This document shows positions 62,704 to 64,000 of a stretch of 64,000 nucleotides of DNA, piece by piece (position 1 is the stretch's first letter; each line of letters starts with the position of its first letter). Under the pieces are notes generated by a model, which saw nothing but the letters and a program-made list of their open reading frames with translations, did no database searches and was not told the DNA's origin. The stretch is from an uncultured Methanomassiliicoccales archaeon (GTDB taxonomy: Archaea; Thermoplasmatota; Thermoplasmata; Methanomassiliicoccales; UBA472). The translations under genes and the position numbers were made by a program. The stretch covers positions 32,001 to 96,000 of the forward strand of contig OY968769.1 in assembly GCA_963695345.1 (NCBI GenBank), written 5' to 3'.

Positions 62704-62744
62704 GGTGCGGGCGGGTCCCGGTCCCGCCGCACCTTCAATTTTTT
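62704..62744 (+). terminator. Hairpin plus T-run terminator after ftsZ
   Basis: GGTGCGGGCGGG...CCCGCCGCACC followed by TTCAATTTTTT. Confidence 0.65.
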
Positions 62745-62875
62745 ACAATTTCTAACATCTCCGACCTGATCCAATACGTTCTCTGTCATATTCGACCGTC
62801 TCAGTGATAGACCGGTCAGGGAATGTACGGCGACCACCCAAAGCCATATCATACCGGAAGTGCCCTGCCATCTCG

Positions 62876-63988
62876 ATGTTGGTAGGGCTGGTCATCAATC
62901 CGATCGCCGGTATGGGCGGTTCCGTAGGCCTCAAGGGGACGGACGGCAGGGACGTCTATCAGGAGGCGGTGCGGAGAGGCGCCCATGCCGATATCCGAGG
63001 AGCGTGCGGTCGCCGCCCTCCGGTCGGTACCTTCCTCACTGGATGTCCAATTCCTGACCGCCTCGGGCGATATGGGCGGAGAATGCCGCCACCCGGGCAG
63101 GCGTCGCCTTTCCAGAATGTCTATGATATGCCGGGGGAGACCTCTCCTTTCGAAACGATGGAAGCATGCGCCGAATTCGTTCGGAAAGGCGTCTCGCTGA
63201 TCGTCTTCTGCGGCGGGGACGGGACGGCCAGGGACGTGCTGGACGCGGTGGGCGACACGATGCCCATCGTCGGCATCCCGGCCGGGGTCAAGATGCATTC
63301 CGGTGTCTTCCTGAACTCGCCGTCGGGTCTGGGCCCGTTGCTCGAGCATTTCCTCATCGGCGACTATCCGACCGAGATGGCAGAGGTCGCCGATGTCGAC
63401 GAGTCGGCCGTTCGAGACGGACGGATCAGCGACCGGGTCTACGGCTATGCCCTTACCATAACGCGCCGAAGGACTGGTCCAACCGTCCAAGGGCGAGATC
63501 GCCGGCTCGACCGACGACGGAGGAAAAGGAGGAGATCGCCCAGTACTTCGTGGAGAACATGATGAAGGGACGTTCTCTACATCATCGGACCGGGCACGAC
63601 GACGAAGGCGATCGCCGATGAGATGGGCTGGACAAGACGCTGCTCGGAGTCGATGTCATACAGGATCGGAACAGTGGTCTGCAAGGATGCGAATGAAATG
63701 GCTGCTTGATCGACCTGCTCGGAGATGTCCTCGCGATCTCGAGATCGTGGTCACTCCGATCGGCAGGCAGGGATTCATCTTCGGCCGGGGGAACCAGCAG
63801 ATCAGCGCCGAAGGTGATCCGGAAGGTGGGCACGGACAGCATCCGGATAGTCGCCACACCGACCAAACTGAGAACCCTGAACAAGTTGAGGGTCGACACC
63901 GGGTGACCGGGAATTGGACGGACGGCTGAAAGGATTCCGCCGGGTCCTGGTCGGTTATGGCAGGGAACGATTGACGAAGGTGGAATGA
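62876..63988 (+). CDS. ATP-NAD kinase family protein (AcoX-like), several frameshifts
   Basis: NPIAGMGGSVGLKGTDG, GGDGTARD, GVKMHSGVF, TLLGVD, GRQGFIFGRGNQQIS, L.VDTG across frames. Confidence 0.85.
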
Positions 63989-64000
63989 GATCCGGATATG

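Noticed and set aside
1-64000. CRISPR arrays, IS/transposases, integrases, prophage, rRNA
   Set aside because: I saw no regularly spaced repeats or diagnostic motifs by manual reading; short or degenerate elements could have been missed.

Overview
GC-rich archaeal chromosomal window, most likely from a Methanomassiliicoccales (Thermoplasmatota) methanogen. Evidence: archaeal SRP RNA, the rps19e-PDCD5-rpl39e-rpl31e-aIF6 operon, archaeal-type LeuS, MptE, DUF373 and methanogenesis marker 2. It holds about 60 CDSs, including thiM/thiE, hisD, pit/DUF47, PAS sensors, a soluble MCP, a lipA-E1a-E1b-E2 2-oxoacid dehydrogenase operon without E3 that converges on an FTR-Trx-lplB-lplA operon, class III RNR, an opp ABC system, a BspA-type LRR surface protein and an RHH-ftsZ pair. 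I saw no CRISPR array, tRNA, rRNA or transposase. Many essential genes carry single-base indels (lplA, E1a, nrdD, aIF6, leuS, NAD kinase), which points to long-read consensus errors, so ORF-track fusions and splits need care. Best candidates for new biology: (i) an uncharacterised two-gene operon next to the SRP RNA (31142-33722); (ii) an FtsZ lacking the T7 loop and C-terminal domain, behind an RHH regulator with a candidate operator; (iii) the E3-less PDH cluster facing an FTR/Trx operon; (iv) a hemopexin-repeat protein missed by the ORF track; (v) thiM and thiE abutting in frame across an amber codon in a lineage known to use pyrrolysine. All calls come from manual reading and motif recognition; no database searches were run.
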